A stretch of DNA of 64,000 nt from Oscillospiraceae bacterium (GCA_015064085.1 SVSX01000001.1:14172-78171); one strand, 5' to 3'; shown: positions 47,829-58,401, counted from the first letter of the stretch. Numbers and translations: made by a program. The notes: generated from the letters alone by a model not told the origin.

Positions 47829-49127
47829 ATGATCTGGAATGAAGCAAAGGAATGTATGAGTCGCGACGAGATGTCCAATCTCCAGAGCGCAAGACTCAGA
47901 AAGCTCGTGGACTACGTTTATCACAACGTAGAATTCTACCGAAAGAAAATGCAGGCAATCGACCTGATGCCGGGCGATATTAAGGGAATCGAAGATATCG
48001 TAAAGCTTCCCTTCACCACAAAAGACGACCTTAGAGATAACTACCCCTTCGGATTATTTGCAGTTCCCAATTCGGAGATCGTAAGAATTCACGCATCAAG
48101 CGGAACTACAGGAAAGGCAACCGTTGTCGGATACACAAGACGCGATCTTGATATCTGGGCTGAATGTGTTGCGAGATGTCTCACTATGGCGGGTGTCAGC
48201 AAGGACGACGTAATTCAGGTAGCCTATGGCTACGGACTTTTCACGGGCGGACTTGGAGCACACGACGGTGCTCAGAAGATAGGCGCGACGGTCGTTCCCA
48301 TGAGCACAGGTAACTCAAAGAAGCTTACAACAATGATGGTCGACTTCGGCGCTACCGCTATTGCTTGTACACCTTCCTACCTCCTTCACATTTCCGAGGT
48401 TCTCGAAAACGAGGGTCTTCTTGATCAGATAAAACTGAAGGCTGCTGTCTGCGGAGCTGAGCCCTGGACCGAGAAGATGCGCCAAGAGATCGAGACAAAG
48501 CTCAATATCAAGGCATATGACATTTACGGCCTCAGTGAGGTAATGGGTCCCGGTGTCGCTTGCGACTGTGATTTCCACAAGGGACTTCACGTTTGTGAGG
48601 ACCACTTCTACCCCGAGATACTTAACTCGGCAACTCTTACACGAGTTCCCGACGGAGAGACGGGTGAGCTCGCGTTCACCACGCTCACCAAGGAAGGAAT
48701 TCCGCTTATACGCTACAGAACAAAAGACCTTACAAGCATTGATTATTCTACCTGTGAATGTGGAAGAACCAGCGCGCGTATCTCCAGATTCAAGGGCAGA
48801 GTTGACGATATGCTTATAATACGCGGTGTTAACGTATTCCCAAGCCAGATCGAAGCGGCGCTCATCGATGTTGAGGAGGTAACACCTCACTATATGATGA
48901 TAGTTGACAGAGTTAATAATCTTGACACTCTTGAAGTTCAGCTTGAGGTTGCGCCCAAGTATTACACCGACGAGATAAGAGCTATTGAAGCTCTCACAAA
49001 GAAGATAGCTCACATCATTCAGCAGGCAATAGGTATCAACGCAAAGGTTAAGCTCGTTGAGCCTCAGACCCTCGTCAGAAGCCAGGGCAAGGCTGTTCAC
49101 GTAGTTGATAACCGCAAATTATATTAA
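47829..49127 (+). CDS. paaK: phenylacetate--CoA ligase family protein, copy 2
   Basis: 432 aa with IHASSGTTGKATVVGYT. Collinear with copy 1 but clearly diverged. Confidence 0.85.
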   Translation: MIWNEAKECMSRDEMSNLQSARLRKLVDYVYHNVEFYRKKMQAIDLMPGDIKGIEDIVKLPFTTKDDLRDNYPFGLFAVPNSEIVRIHASSGTTGKATVVGYTRRDLDIWAECVARCLTMAGVSKDDVIQVAYGYGLFTGGLGAHDGAQKIGATVVPMSTGNSKKLTTMMVDFGATAIACTPSYLLHISEVLENEGLLDQIKLKAAVCGAEPWTEKMRQEIETKLNIKAYDIYGLSEVMGPGVACDCDFHKGLHVCEDHFYPEILNSATLTRVPDGETGELAFTTLTKEGIPLIRYRTKDLTSIDYSTCECGRTSARISRFKGRVDDMLIIRGVNVFPSQIEAALIDVEEVTPHYMMIVDRVNNLDTLEVQLEVAPKYYTDEIRAIEALTKKIAHIIQQAIGINAKVKLVEPQTLVRSQGKAVHVVDNRKLY

Positions 49128-49152
49128 TTTTACTTAACAGGAGGAATAAACA

Positions 49153-49581
49153 ATGTTTGCAACCCAGTTAACAGTATTTATTGAAAACAGATCAGGAAGA
49201 CTTTGCGAGGTTTTGAACGTACTCAGAAACAACAACGTTAATATTCTCTCTCTCAGCCTTGCGGATACTACCGAATACGGTCTCCTCAGACTGATCGTGG
49301 ATAATCCCTCCCTTGGAAAGGAAAAGCTCCTTGAAAACGGATTTTCCTCCCTTCTCTCGGATGTTTCTATAATAAAGATTCCCCATAAGGTCGGTAGTCT
49401 TCAGGAGCTTCTCAGAGCTATTGACAAGGGTAATGTCAACATAGAATATATGTATGGTCTCTCTATTGAATCGGAGGAGGCTTACGTTGTACTTAAAGCA
49501 TCCGACACAGCAAAGATAGACGCAATCCTTGCAGAAAATAATATTGAAACGGTTTCCTGTGAGCAGATCGCAGGTATCTGA
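49153..49581 (+). CDS. ACT domain-containing protein
   Basis: 142 aa with two ACT-like beta-alpha-beta-beta-alpha-beta repeats. This is the typical companion of paaK-ior clusters. Confidence 0.7.
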   Translation: MFATQLTVFIENRSGRLCEVLNVLRNNNVNILSLSLADTTEYGLLRLIVDNPSLGKEKLLENGFSSLLSDVSIIKIPHKVGSLQELLRAIDKGNVNIEYMYGLSIESEEAYVVLKASDTAKIDAILAENNIETVSCEQIAGI

Positions 49582-49593
49582 TCTGAGGTAAAA

Positions 49594-50403
49594 ATGATAA
49601 TCGATTTTCACACTCATATATTCCCCGACAAGATCGCGAAAAAAACAATAGATCTCCTTGCGAAAAAAGGTGGGATACCTCCCTTCTCTGACGGATCGGT
49701 GGACGGTCTTATGTCAGAAATGGAAAAAGGCAGCGTTGATATTTCGGTAGCGCTTCCGGTCCTTACAAATCCCTCTCAATTTGATAGTGTTAATAAGTTT
49801 GCAAAAGAGATCAACACGGCGTTTGCTGATAAAGCGAGAAGGATCATTTCCTTTGCGGGAATTCATCCGATGTGTGAAAAGATCGAAGAAAAAATGAGCT
49901 ACATCCGCGAAAACGGATTTTTAGGAGTAAAGATACACCCTGACTATCAGGATACCTTCATTGACGATGAGCGCTATATCAAAATAATACGCGCAGCCAA
50001 GGAGCTCGATCTTATAGTCGTAACACACTCGGGAGTCGACGGCGCTTACAGAGACAGACCCACCCGTTGCACTCCCGAGAGAGTAAAAAGGGTCATTGAC
50101 GCGGTTCAGCACCCAAAGCTTGTCCTTGCCCATTACGGAGCAAACGAGATGGAAAAAGAAACGCTCGAGCTTCTTGCGGGTGAAAATGTTTATTTTGACA
50201 CTGCCTACGTTCTGAGATATATTTCTCCCGACGTATTTAAGGCTATACTGAACAAGCACGGAGCTGACAAGATCCTTTTCGCAACCGACTCTCCCTGGAG
50301 CAGTATGAAGGGTGATGTCGACATTCTGAGCTCCTACTCCCTTGACAAAAAAATCGAGGAAAAGATCCTTTGCGAAAACGCAAGGAAGCTCCTCGGAATA
50401 TAA
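49594..50403 (+). CDS. amidohydrolase family (TIM-barrel metal-dependent hydrolase) protein
   Basis: MIIDFHTHIFP at the N-terminus, with VTHSG and a late DSPW motif. Confidence 0.7.
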   Translation: MIIDFHTHIFPDKIAKKTIDLLAKKGGIPPFSDGSVDGLMSEMEKGSVDISVALPVLTNPSQFDSVNKFAKEINTAFADKARRIISFAGIHPMCEKIEEKMSYIRENGFLGVKIHPDYQDTFIDDERYIKIIRAAKELDLIVVTHSGVDGAYRDRPTRCTPERVKRVIDAVQHPKLVLAHYGANEMEKETLELLAGENVYFDTAYVLRYISPDVFKAILNKHGADKILFATDSPWSSMKGDVDILSSYSLDKKIEEKILCENARKLLGI

Positions 50404-50415
50404 CAGGTGATATTT

Positions 50416-51609
50416 ATGGCATACAATCAGAAAATGTTCGAGCTTGGAAACAAGCGCTCAATTATAAGAGAAATATTCGAATACAGCAAAACACGAGCTA
50501 AGGAGATCGGAGCTGAAAACGTTTTTGATTTCAGCCTTGGAAATCCGAGTGTTCCTGCCCCCGAAGAGGTAAACGAGACTATAAAGAATCTTCTTGAAAC
50601 CGAGAATTCGGTTCTTTTGCACGGTTATACCTCTGCTCAGGGTGACCTTGGCGTAAGACAAACCATTGCGAACAGTATAAATCAGAGATTTGGAACAAAG
50701 GTCACTCCCGACCTTATCTATATGACCTGCGGAGCTGCCGCTTCCCTTTCGATATGCCTTAAGGCTGTTATTGAGGAGGGTATGAATGACGAGTGCATCG
50801 TTTTTGCCCCCTTCTTTACAGAATACAGAGTTTTCATTGAGAACGCAGGCGGTAAAATAGTTATCAGTAAGCCTCTTGAAAAGACATTTGAGGTCGATGT
50901 GGCTGACTTTGAAAGCAGGATCAACAAAAATACAAAGGCTGTTATCCTCAATTCTCCCAACAACCCAAGCGGCGTCGTTTATTCAGAGGAGACTATCAAG
51001 TCTATCTGCGATATTCTCAGAAGAAAGTCCGAGGAGCTTGGCAGAGTTATATACCTTATTGCCGATGAGCCCTACCGCGAGCTCGTTTACTCTGACGTTA
51101 CAGTTCCCTATCTTATGAATTATTACGCAAACACCCTCGTTTGCTATTCGTACTCAAAGGCGCTTTCACTCCCCGGTGAACGTATCGGTTACATAGCGGT
51201 CTGCCCCGATATGGAGGACGCGCTCAGTATATACCTCGCTGTCTGCGGTGCAGGAAGATCACTTGGCTACGTCTGTGCGCCAAGCCTTTTCCAGCAGGTC
51301 ATTGCCCGCTGTGTTGACTCAAAGGTCGATATCGAGATCTACCGTGAAAACAGAGATCTGCTTTACAACAATCTTACCGCTTACGGCTATGAATGTGTCA
51401 AACCCGACGGAGCTTTTTACCTCTTCGTCAAGGCGCTTGAAAAGGATGCCTATAAATTCTACGAGGCTGCCAAGAAGCACGAGCTTCTGGTCGTTCCCTG
51501 CGATGGCTTCGGTATCGAGGGATACGTTCGTATTGCCTACTGCGTAGACAAGGAAAGGGTTCTTCGTGCCCTTCCCGCATTCGAACGTCTTGCAAAAGAA
51601 TATAAATAA
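50416..51609 (+). CDS. class I/II PLP-dependent aminotransferase
   Basis: NSPNNPSG, with YSYSKALSLPGERIGY carrying the PLP lysine. The start is taken at the ATG at 50416. Confidence 0.85.
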   Translation: MAYNQKMFELGNKRSIIREIFEYSKTRAKEIGAENVFDFSLGNPSVPAPEEVNETIKNLLETENSVLLHGYTSAQGDLGVRQTIANSINQRFGTKVTPDLIYMTCGAAASLSICLKAVIEEGMNDECIVFAPFFTEYRVFIENAGGKIVISKPLEKTFEVDVADFESRINKNTKAVILNSPNNPSGVVYSEETIKSICDILRRKSEELGRVIYLIADEPYRELVYSDVTVPYLMNYYANTLVCYSYSKALSLPGERIGYIAVCPDMEDALSIYLAVCGAGRSLGYVCAPSLFQQVIARCVDSKVDIEIYRENRDLLYNNLTAYGYECVKPDGAFYLFVKALEKDAYKFYEAAKKHELLVVPCDGFGIEGYVRIAYCVDKERVLRALPAFERLAKEYK

Positions 51610-51619
51610 AATACAACTG

Positions 51620-51664
51620 AAAATGCGTATTGCGGCTGAAATCAGAGCTACAATACGCATTTTT
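51620..51664. terminator. bidirectional terminator hairpin
   Basis: AAAATGCGTATTG-loop-CAATACGCATTTT, between convergent genes. Confidence 0.7.
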
Positions 51665-51665
51665 A

Positions 51666-52109
51666 TTATCTTACGGGGATCTTGATAACTGCTTTTTTTA
51701 CCTTATCGCACACACCGTCAAACACTCCCGGCATATGAGCGTCCTCGGGAAGAAGAATTATAAAATCTCCCGCGGAAAGTCTGTGATCAACACCTTTTTC
51801 ATTATTCGAAAAAAGCTCAATATCTTTTTCCTCGGAATACTCGCGTACGCATTCCGCACCGTGCATTTCCTCAAGAGTCTCAACAGCGATTATCTCGCTA
51901 CCGCTGAGTATTATCTGCACGTCGATATATTTTTTATGTGCCTCATAGGAGGCATTTTCTCTTTTCTTAGGCTCATATTCACTCAAAAAAGCATAAACGC
52001 CGTTTCCAAGCTCATAACGCGCTACAGCTACCTCCTCGGTCTTAAGCTTGTTATAAAACTCAAGCGCTTCTTTTGACAGCTCTTTCAATTTTTCAACATT
52101 ATTCAGCAT
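51666..52109 (-). CDS. YhcH/YjgK/YiaL family protein (DUF386, cupin-like)
   Basis: 147 aa with HKKYIDVQIILSGSE..DFIILLPEDAHMP, the family signature. Confidence 0.75.
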   Translation of the reverse strand: MLNNVEKLKELSKEALEFYNKLKTEEVAVARYELGNGVYAFLSEYEPKKRENASYEAHKKYIDVQIILSGSEIIAVETLEEMHGAECVREYSEEKDIELFSNNEKGVDHRLSAGDFIILLPEDAHMPGVFDGVCDKVKKAVIKIPVR

Positions 52110-52112
52110 AAT

Positions 52113-53090
52113 TTATCCTTTCACGATCAGCTCTTCAAGCTCCGAAGGGCTCATTCCGTAAATATATTCTTCAAGATCGATCCCACTAAGCTTTTCGCTC
52201 AGATCGCACAGCCTTGTATTTTCAAGGATATCCTCAAGCTCGGAAATAGGTCTGCTTCCAAAAAAGTCTCCGCTTATCCTGATCTTTCGCAAGATATCCT
52301 TTGACATATCGAGAGAAATATCGACAATACCAAATGGATATTTTTTCTTTCTTTTAACACTATAGCTTGAGAGCATAGCTCTTTCGGGAAAAAGCCATTC
52401 CGAGGATGCGTTTCTCGCCCTCAGCGCTTCTATTGCTTCACAGTGCGATACTTCACAAAGCGAAGGTGAAAAATAGTCTATAACAAACCGTCTTATAAGC
52501 TCGATAAAATCCTCGATGTCATATGTCTCACGCAACAGCTCACAAATATTTATCACCCTTGAGCGAGTAGAGCGTATCCCCTTTGAAAGGATCTTCTCTT
52601 TATCGACATTCAGCACCTCGGAAAGCACCGAAAGGTCGCTGTTAAAGAGCAAAGTTCCGTGATGAAGGACTCTTCCGCCAAAGGAATACTGGGCGTTCCC
52701 CGAAAACTTTTTACCATCAGTCAAAAGGTCGTTTCGTCCCGACAGCTCTGCCTTGATACCAATACTTTCAAGCGCCAAAACGATCGGACGGGTAAAGTAT
52801 TCAAAATCTATTCCTTTTTCACTCTTTTCCGAGGATATAAAGGTATAGTTCAGATTTCCACCGTCGTGGTAAACAGCACCGCCACCCGTTATTCTTCTTG
52901 CGATCTTTATTCCCTTTTCATTTAGCACATCCATATTTATCTCGGTGTAAGCATTTTGGTTTTTTCCGATAACGACAGTAGGCTCGTTTTGCCATAGCAT
53001 AAACACGTCTTCGCTCTCATTTCGGAAAAGATATTCCTCTATTGCCAGGTTGAGATACGGATCTTTAGACTTCAATACAAAAAATTTCAT
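52113..53090 (-). CDS. lplA: lipoate--protein ligase
   Basis: RRITGGGAVYHDGGNLNY and KFSGNAQY motifs. The start codon is uncertain (53090 or 53096). Confidence 0.85.
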   Translation of the reverse strand: MKFFVLKSKDPYLNLAIEEYLFRNESEDVFMLWQNEPTVVIGKNQNAYTEINMDVLNEKGIKIARRITGGGAVYHDGGNLNYTFISSEKSEKGIDFEYFTRPIVLALESIGIKAELSGRNDLLTDGKKFSGNAQYSFGGRVLHHGTLLFNSDLSVLSEVLNVDKEKILSKGIRSTRSRVINICELLRETYDIEDFIELIRRFVIDYFSPSLCEVSHCEAIEALRARNASSEWLFPERAMLSSYSVKRKKKYPFGIVDISLDMSKDILRKIRISGDFFGSRPISELEDILENTRLCDLSEKLSGIDLEEYIYGMSPSELEELIVKG

Positions 53091-53102
53091 ACACATATAC
53101 TA

Positions 53103-53135
53103 ATATACATCGGGTCAAAATGACCCGATGTATAT
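53103..53135 (-). terminator. hairpin between the E1 gene and lplA
   Basis: ATATACATCGGGTC-AAAAT-GACCCGATGTATAT, a 14-bp perfect stem. The T-run is weak on the minus strand, so termination may be partial. Confidence 0.45.
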
Positions 53136-53156
53136 CTTTTACTTATTAATTTTTAA

Positions 53157-55643
53157 TTATAAGCCCTTCTTTGCGCGCTCTACCTTCTCAATGTCGGTAA
53201 AGTTTGTCTTGGGAACGTATCCCGGAATGGGCATGATCTTCTCGTGGAGAGCGTCGATTATCCAATCAGCCTGCGGGAAGAAGCTCTTCTCAAGCTCGAA
53301 CGCAGGTGTGATCCAGTTACGAGAACCAACAACAACTGCAGGTCCGTCAAGGTAATCAAAGCACATCTCTGTGATGTTGGAAGCCATATCTCTCATTACA
53401 GAGTTTCTCTCACAAGCGTCACCTACGAAGAGGATCTTACCTGTCTTCTTAACAGACTCGATAACCTTCTCGTAGTTGAACGGAACGATGGAGCGAACGT
53501 CGATGATCTCAGCAGAGATACCGTACTTCTCCTCGAGGATCTTTGCGGCATCAAGAGCTCTGTAAAGAACAGCACCGATCGTTACAATGGTAACGTCCTT
53601 ACCCTCTCTCTTAACATCAGGCTCGCCGAAGGGGATCTCAAAGTGACCTGTGGGAACACCGTCTGCCTTGAACTCCTCACCGATACCGTAAATTCTCTGA
53701 GACTCAAAGAATACAACGGGGTCAGTTCCCTCAAGAGCGCTGGTCATAAGACCCTTAGCGTCTGTGGGAGTTGCGGGGAATACGACCTTAAGTCCGGGAA
53801 TGTGTGAGCAAAGTGCTGTCCAGTCCTGAGAGTGCTGAGCACCGTACTTAGAACCAACGGAAACTCTGAGAACGATAGGCATCTTGAGGATACCTGCGGA
53901 CATTGCCTGCCACTTAGCCATCTGGTTGAAGATCTCGTCGCCTGCGCAGCCGATAAAGTCAGCGTACATAAGCTCAACGATCGCACGACCGCCGCACATT
54001 GCGTAACCAACAGCCGAACCAACGATAGCAGACTCGGAAATAGGAGCGTTGAAGAATCTGTGATAAGGAACAGCCTCGGTCATCTTCTTATAAACGCCGA
54101 ATGCTCCGCCCCAGTCACGGTTATCCTCACCGTATGCGATGAGGGTAGGATCTTCGTAATACTTGTCAATGATCGGCTCAAAGAGACCGTCACAGATGTT
54201 GTACATCTTCATCTTGGAAACAGGCTTGCCCTTGCTGTCTGTAGCTGTGCGAACCTTACCTGCGATCTCCTTAACTCTGGGGCACTCCTCCTTGGGCATA
54301 AGCATCTCGGGCTCACGCTCGGGATCCATGCTCTTAACCTTCTGGTTGGAGAACATAATGGATGCGATAGCATCGGGCTCTTTGTTAAGGTCCATACGAG
54401 GCGAGATCTCGTCGTTGATAGCGAGCTTCATAACCTCTGTCATACGAGCTGTGATCTGCTCGTGAAGTGCTGCAAAGTCTTCCTCTGTAGCAACTCCGCC
54501 AAGGATCAGCTTGCTCTTGAAAGCAACGATCGGGTCTGCTGCCTTCCAAGCCTCGATCTCCTCTGCTGTTCTGTATGTGGAGGAGTCGGAGGGAGAGTGA
54601 CCTGATACACGGTATGTAACAACGTCAAGAAGCGCGGGGCCCTTGCCCTCAAGAAGGAGCTTCTTCTTGCGGGAAACGGCGTCGATAACAGCGAGAGGAT
54701 CGTAACCGTTTACGCGCTCTGCGTGCATCTGGCTGGGATTGAAGCCTGCGCCGAGACGAGCAACCATATCGTAACCCATTGTCTCACCGCGAGTCTGACC
54801 GCCCATTCCGTAGTGGTTGTTGAATACGTTGAAGAGGATAGGCATACCGCCGTCACTGAACTTGCCGTCCATACCCCAGAGCTTTGTGATCTGGTCCATA
54901 GAAGCGAAGTTGAGAGCCTCAAGAACGGGTCCACGTCCTGTAGCACCGTCTCCGCAGTTGGAGATAACGATACCGGGCTTGTGGTTAGATCTCTTATAGA
55001 GAGCCGCGCCAAGTGCGATAGGAGCAGATGCGCCAACTATAGCGTTGTTGGGCATAAGTCCGAAAGGAATGAAGAAGGCGTGCATAGATCCGCCAAGACC
55101 GCGGTTGAAGCCTGTCTTACGAGCGAAGATCTCTGCGAGTGCGCCGTAAAGAAGGAAGTTGATAGCAAGCTCCTTAATGTTTCCGCCTGCGTTCATATGC
55201 TTCTCAACAACATTCAAAACTGTTCCGTCAAGGAACTCCTTCATAATATCGTAAAGCTCGTTATCGTCAAGCTTGTGGATAGAGGAAAGTCCCTTTGCGA
55301 GGATCTCACCGTGGCTACGGTGCGAACCGAAGGAAAAGTCGTTGATATCAAGGCAGTAAGCCTCACCTACTGCGGAAGCCTCCTGACCGATGGAAAGGTG
55401 CGCAGGACCGGGGTTATTGTACTTAACTCCGTTATACTCACTCTTGACCTTGACCTCGTTGAGCATTGTTTCAAACTCACGGATGATAGCCATATCGCGA
55501 TAGATACGCATCATATCTTCCTTTGAGTAGATCTTGAGCTCCTCCTTAAGAGTTTTCTTGTACTGACATACGGGAATGTCCTCAAAATGGATGTAACCGG
55601 CGTCAAAAGCCTTGCCGGGATCAACATATTGACTCTTTGGCAT
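53157..55643 (-). CDS. 2-oxoacid dehydrogenase E1 component, fused alpha and beta subunits (TPP-dependent)
   Basis: 828 aa. The N-half has the E1-alpha TPP motif (CGDGATGRGPV...NNHYGMG). The C-half is E1-beta/transketolase-like (ISESAIVGSAVGYAM). Confidence 0.85.
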   Translation of the reverse strand: MPKSQYVDPGKAFDAGYIHFEDIPVCQYKKTLKEELKIYSKEDMMRIYRDMAIIREFETMLNEVKVKSEYNGVKYNNPGPAHLSIGQEASAVGEAYCLDINDFSFGSHRSHGEILAKGLSSIHKLDDNELYDIMKEFLDGTVLNVVEKHMNAGGNIKELAINFLLYGALAEIFARKTGFNRGLGGSMHAFFIPFGLMPNNAIVGASAPIALGAALYKRSNHKPGIVISNCGDGATGRGPVLEALNFASMDQITKLWGMDGKFSDGGMPILFNVFNNHYGMGGQTRGETMGYDMVARLGAGFNPSQMHAERVNGYDPLAVIDAVSRKKKLLLEGKGPALLDVVTYRVSGHSPSDSSTYRTAEEIEAWKAADPIVAFKSKLILGGVATEEDFAALHEQITARMTEVMKLAINDEISPRMDLNKEPDAIASIMFSNQKVKSMDPEREPEMLMPKEECPRVKEIAGKVRTATDSKGKPVSKMKMYNICDGLFEPIIDKYYEDPTLIAYGEDNRDWGGAFGVYKKMTEAVPYHRFFNAPISESAIVGSAVGYAMCGGRAIVELMYADFIGCAGDEIFNQMAKWQAMSAGILKMPIVLRVSVGSKYGAQHSQDWTALCSHIPGLKVVFPATPTDAKGLMTSALEGTDPVVFFESQRIYGIGEEFKADGVPTGHFEIPFGEPDVKREGKDVTIVTIGAVLYRALDAAKILEEKYGISAEIIDVRSIVPFNYEKVIESVKKTGKILFVGDACERNSVMRDMASNITEMCFDYLDGPAVVVGSRNWITPAFELEKSFFPQADWIIDALHEKIMPIPGYVPKTNFTDIEKVERAKKGL

Positions 55644-55689
55644 TTTTATTTATCTCCTTTTTTTGATTTTCAATAAAATGTATGTTTAA

Positions 55690-57048
55690 TTACATAAACA
55701 TTGCTTCTCTGATAACCTCACAAACTGTGGGGTGCGGGAAGACGAGCTTCTGAATGTCGGAAACTCTCATCTCTGTTTCAACCATCATAGCCGCTCCGTA
55801 GATGATCTCGGAAGCGTAGCTGCCGATCATAGTAAGACCGATGATGTTGTGATGCTTATTGTCTGTAATAACCTTCACAACACCGTTACCGTGCTCGTTC
55901 TCTGCGATATAGCGTCCGCTGTACTTAAGAGTAACGGTCTCGCACTTAGCGTCGAGTCCCTTTTCCTTGACAGACTCTGCTGTTTCACCGACACAAGCAA
56001 CCTCGGGGTTCGTGTAGATTACCGACGGGATAGAGTTATAATTGATCCTATCCTTCTTGCCGAGAATATTGTTTATGCAGACCTCACCCTCACGGTATGC
56101 GGTGTGAGCAAGCATCGACTTTCCGTTAACGTCGCCCGCAGCCCATACGCCGGGAACGTTAGTCTTACCGTACTCATTGGTAACGATCGCGCCTCTTTCG
56201 AGCTTAAGACCGATATTCTCACAGCCAATTCCCGCGGTTCTCGGACGGCGTCCGATAGAAACAAGGGCATAATCAGCATCGAGCTTAACTGTCTTTCCGT
56301 CCTTCTCGTAGGTAACGGCCTTATCCTTGATAGAGGTTACCTTAGCGCCGAGAATAAACTCAACTCCGCGAGCTGCGTATTCCTTCTGGAGCATCTTGGA
56401 TATCTCTCTGTCAACAGGACCTGCAATATGATCCATCATCTCAACGACGAAGACCTTAGATCCTACAGAGTTAAAGTAAGATGCCATTTCAAGACCTATA
56501 ACGCCGCCTCCGACGATAACGATCGTCTTGGGAAGCTCCTTAAGATCAAGCACTTCTCTGTTTGTGAGAGCAAAGCCCGACTTAAGAGAATCCGCAAGTC
56601 CGTCGATGGGAGGAAGAGCCGCAGAAGATCCCGTAGCGATAAGAAGCTGCTTGCCGACGTACTCCTTATCCTTTGCTACAACAACAAATCCCTCAGCGTT
56701 TCTTTCCTTGATGGTAGCGGTAGCGCTTACCACCTCAACGCCTGCCTTCTTAAGCTTTGCGCCAACACCCGAAACGAGCTGCTTTACGACCTTATTCTTA
56801 CGCTCGACCACGAATGCGTGGTCGATATCCGCAGAGCCGAATTTAACGCCGTAATCAGCGCCGTGCTTTGCGTAGTCAAATATCTTTGCCGAATAAAGAA
56901 GTGTCTTTGTGGGGATACATCCCTCGTTGAGGCAGACACCGCCGAGAGCTCTTTCCTCAATAACGAGCGTTTTGAGTCCTGCGTGTCCTGCACGTTCAGC
57001 GGCATTGTATCCTGCGGGGCCGCCACCCAGAATTATAAGATCATACAT
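55690..57048 (-). CDS. lpd: dihydrolipoyl dehydrogenase (E3)
   Basis: GGGPAGY, the redox disulfide CLNEGCIPTK, and HPT near the C-terminus. Confidence 0.9.
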   Translation of the reverse strand: MYDLIILGGGPAGYNAAERAGHAGLKTLVIEERALGGVCLNEGCIPTKTLLYSAKIFDYAKHGADYGVKFGSADIDHAFVVERKNKVVKQLVSGVGAKLKKAGVEVVSATATIKERNAEGFVVVAKDKEYVGKQLLIATGSSAALPPIDGLADSLKSGFALTNREVLDLKELPKTIVIVGGGVIGLEMASYFNSVGSKVFVVEMMDHIAGPVDREISKMLQKEYAARGVEFILGAKVTSIKDKAVTYEKDGKTVKLDADYALVSIGRRPRTAGIGCENIGLKLERGAIVTNEYGKTNVPGVWAAGDVNGKSMLAHTAYREGEVCINNILGKKDRINYNSIPSVIYTNPEVACVGETAESVKEKGLDAKCETVTLKYSGRYIAENEHGNGVVKVITDNKHHNIIGLTMIGSYASEIIYGAAMMVETEMRVSDIQKLVFPHPTVCEVIREAMFM

Positions 57049-57063
57049 TGCTTCTACCTCCGA

Positions 57064-58401
57064 TTACTTTGCCATGAGCAGATCAATGTTCTCAAGTGCG
57101 AATCCGATATCCTTAAGTATTCTTGCGGCATCTGCACCGTCAAGGGCTCTGTGGTCAACTGTAAGCGAGAGTCCCATAGAAGGATAGATAACGTCCTCAC
57201 CGTTTACTTCCTTGATTCTCTTTGTTACGCAGTCAACGCCGAGAATGCAGGTCTGAGGAGGATTAACGATAGGTGTGAAGGATTCAATTCCCATAGATCC
57301 GAGGTTGGACACGGTAATTGTAGCACCCTTGAGAAGGTCGGGGTTGATAGTTCCGCTCTGAGCCGCTGTGATAACTGTCTTTGCGGACTTGGAGAGCTCG
57401 TTGAGAGAAAGCTTCTCTGCGGAGAATACAGTGGGAACCATAAGTCCTCTTTCTGTATCGACCGCGATACCGATATTTACGGTGTTGAAGTATCTCATTG
57501 TGTCGCCGAGCATATGAGCGTTAGCAGCCTTGTGGTTGAGTATAACTCTGGAGACCGCAAAGAGGATCATATCGTTGATAGTGATGTTTGCGAGACCCAT
57601 CTTCTCGCCGCCTGCCTTGAGTGTCTTTCTGAGCTCAAGAAGCTTTGTTGCGTCGAAGGAAGAGTTAAATGTGAGCTGTGCCATTGTGGACAGCGAGTCG
57701 ACCATAGCCTTTGCGATGATCTTTCTGATGTTGGGGATCTTAACGTCCTCATATGTAGCAACGGGAGCTGCTGCGGGTACTGCCTCAGCGGGAGCCGCTG
57801 CGGGTGCTGCAAGATCGGAAAGAACGACCTTACCGTTAATTCCGCTTCCTGCGACTGCCGATGTATAACCGTCCTTAGCCGCGGGAGATACGGTAAGTCC
57901 CATATCAACGAGCTTCTGAACGTCTCTCTCTATAATTCTTCCGTTAGGTCCTGTGGGCACAGCCTTAAGAAGGTCGGCGTGTGTCTTCTCCGCGAGTGCT
58001 CTCGCGCGAGGAGATATCGCTCCGATTCCCTCAGCTCCCGTTGTGGGAACTGCCTCTGCCGCAGGAGCTGCGCTCTCTACCTTTTCCTCTGCCTTTTCCT
58101 CTGCGGGAGCAGCCTCTGCTTCGTCCTCCGCATCCTTGGGAATAAACTCAGAGAAATCCTCTCCGTCGTTTCCGATCACGCAAACATTTTCGAGACAAGG
58201 TACGTCGTCGCCTTCCTCTCTGAATATTGCGAGCAACTTTCCCGATTCGGGAGCGGGCTCGTCAAAGGAGGATTTATCTGTCTCATAGGAGAAAAGAATT
58301 TCACCCTTTTCGACGGTATCTCCAACCTTTTTGTTAAAAGCGGTAATTACACAGCTTTCAACGCTCTGTCCCTGACGGGGCATAATAACAACTGTTGCCA
58401 T
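57064..58401 (-). CDS. dihydrolipoamide acyltransferase (E2)
   Basis: Lipoyl domain (YETDKSSFD), Ala/Pro linkers, an E3-binding domain, and the catalytic DHRALDGA. The ATG at 58401 is preceded by AAAGGA. Confidence 0.9.
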   Translation of the reverse strand: MATVVIMPRQGQSVESCVITAFNKKVGDTVEKGEILFSYETDKSSFDEPAPESGKLLAIFREEGDDVPCLENVCVIGNDGEDFSEFIPKDAEDEAEAAPAEEKAEEKVESAAPAAEAVPTTGAEGIGAISPRARALAEKTHADLLKAVPTGPNGRIIERDVQKLVDMGLTVSPAAKDGYTSAVAGSGINGKVVLSDLAAPAAAPAEAVPAAAPVATYEDVKIPNIRKIIAKAMVDSLSTMAQLTFNSSFDATKLLELRKTLKAGGEKMGLANITINDMILFAVSRVILNHKAANAHMLGDTMRYFNTVNIGIAVDTERGLMVPTVFSAEKLSLNELSKSAKTVITAAQSGTINPDLLKGATITVSNLGSMGIESFTPIVNPPQTCILGVDCVTKRIKEVNGEDVIYPSMGLSLTVDHRALDGADAARILKDIGFALENIDLLMAK

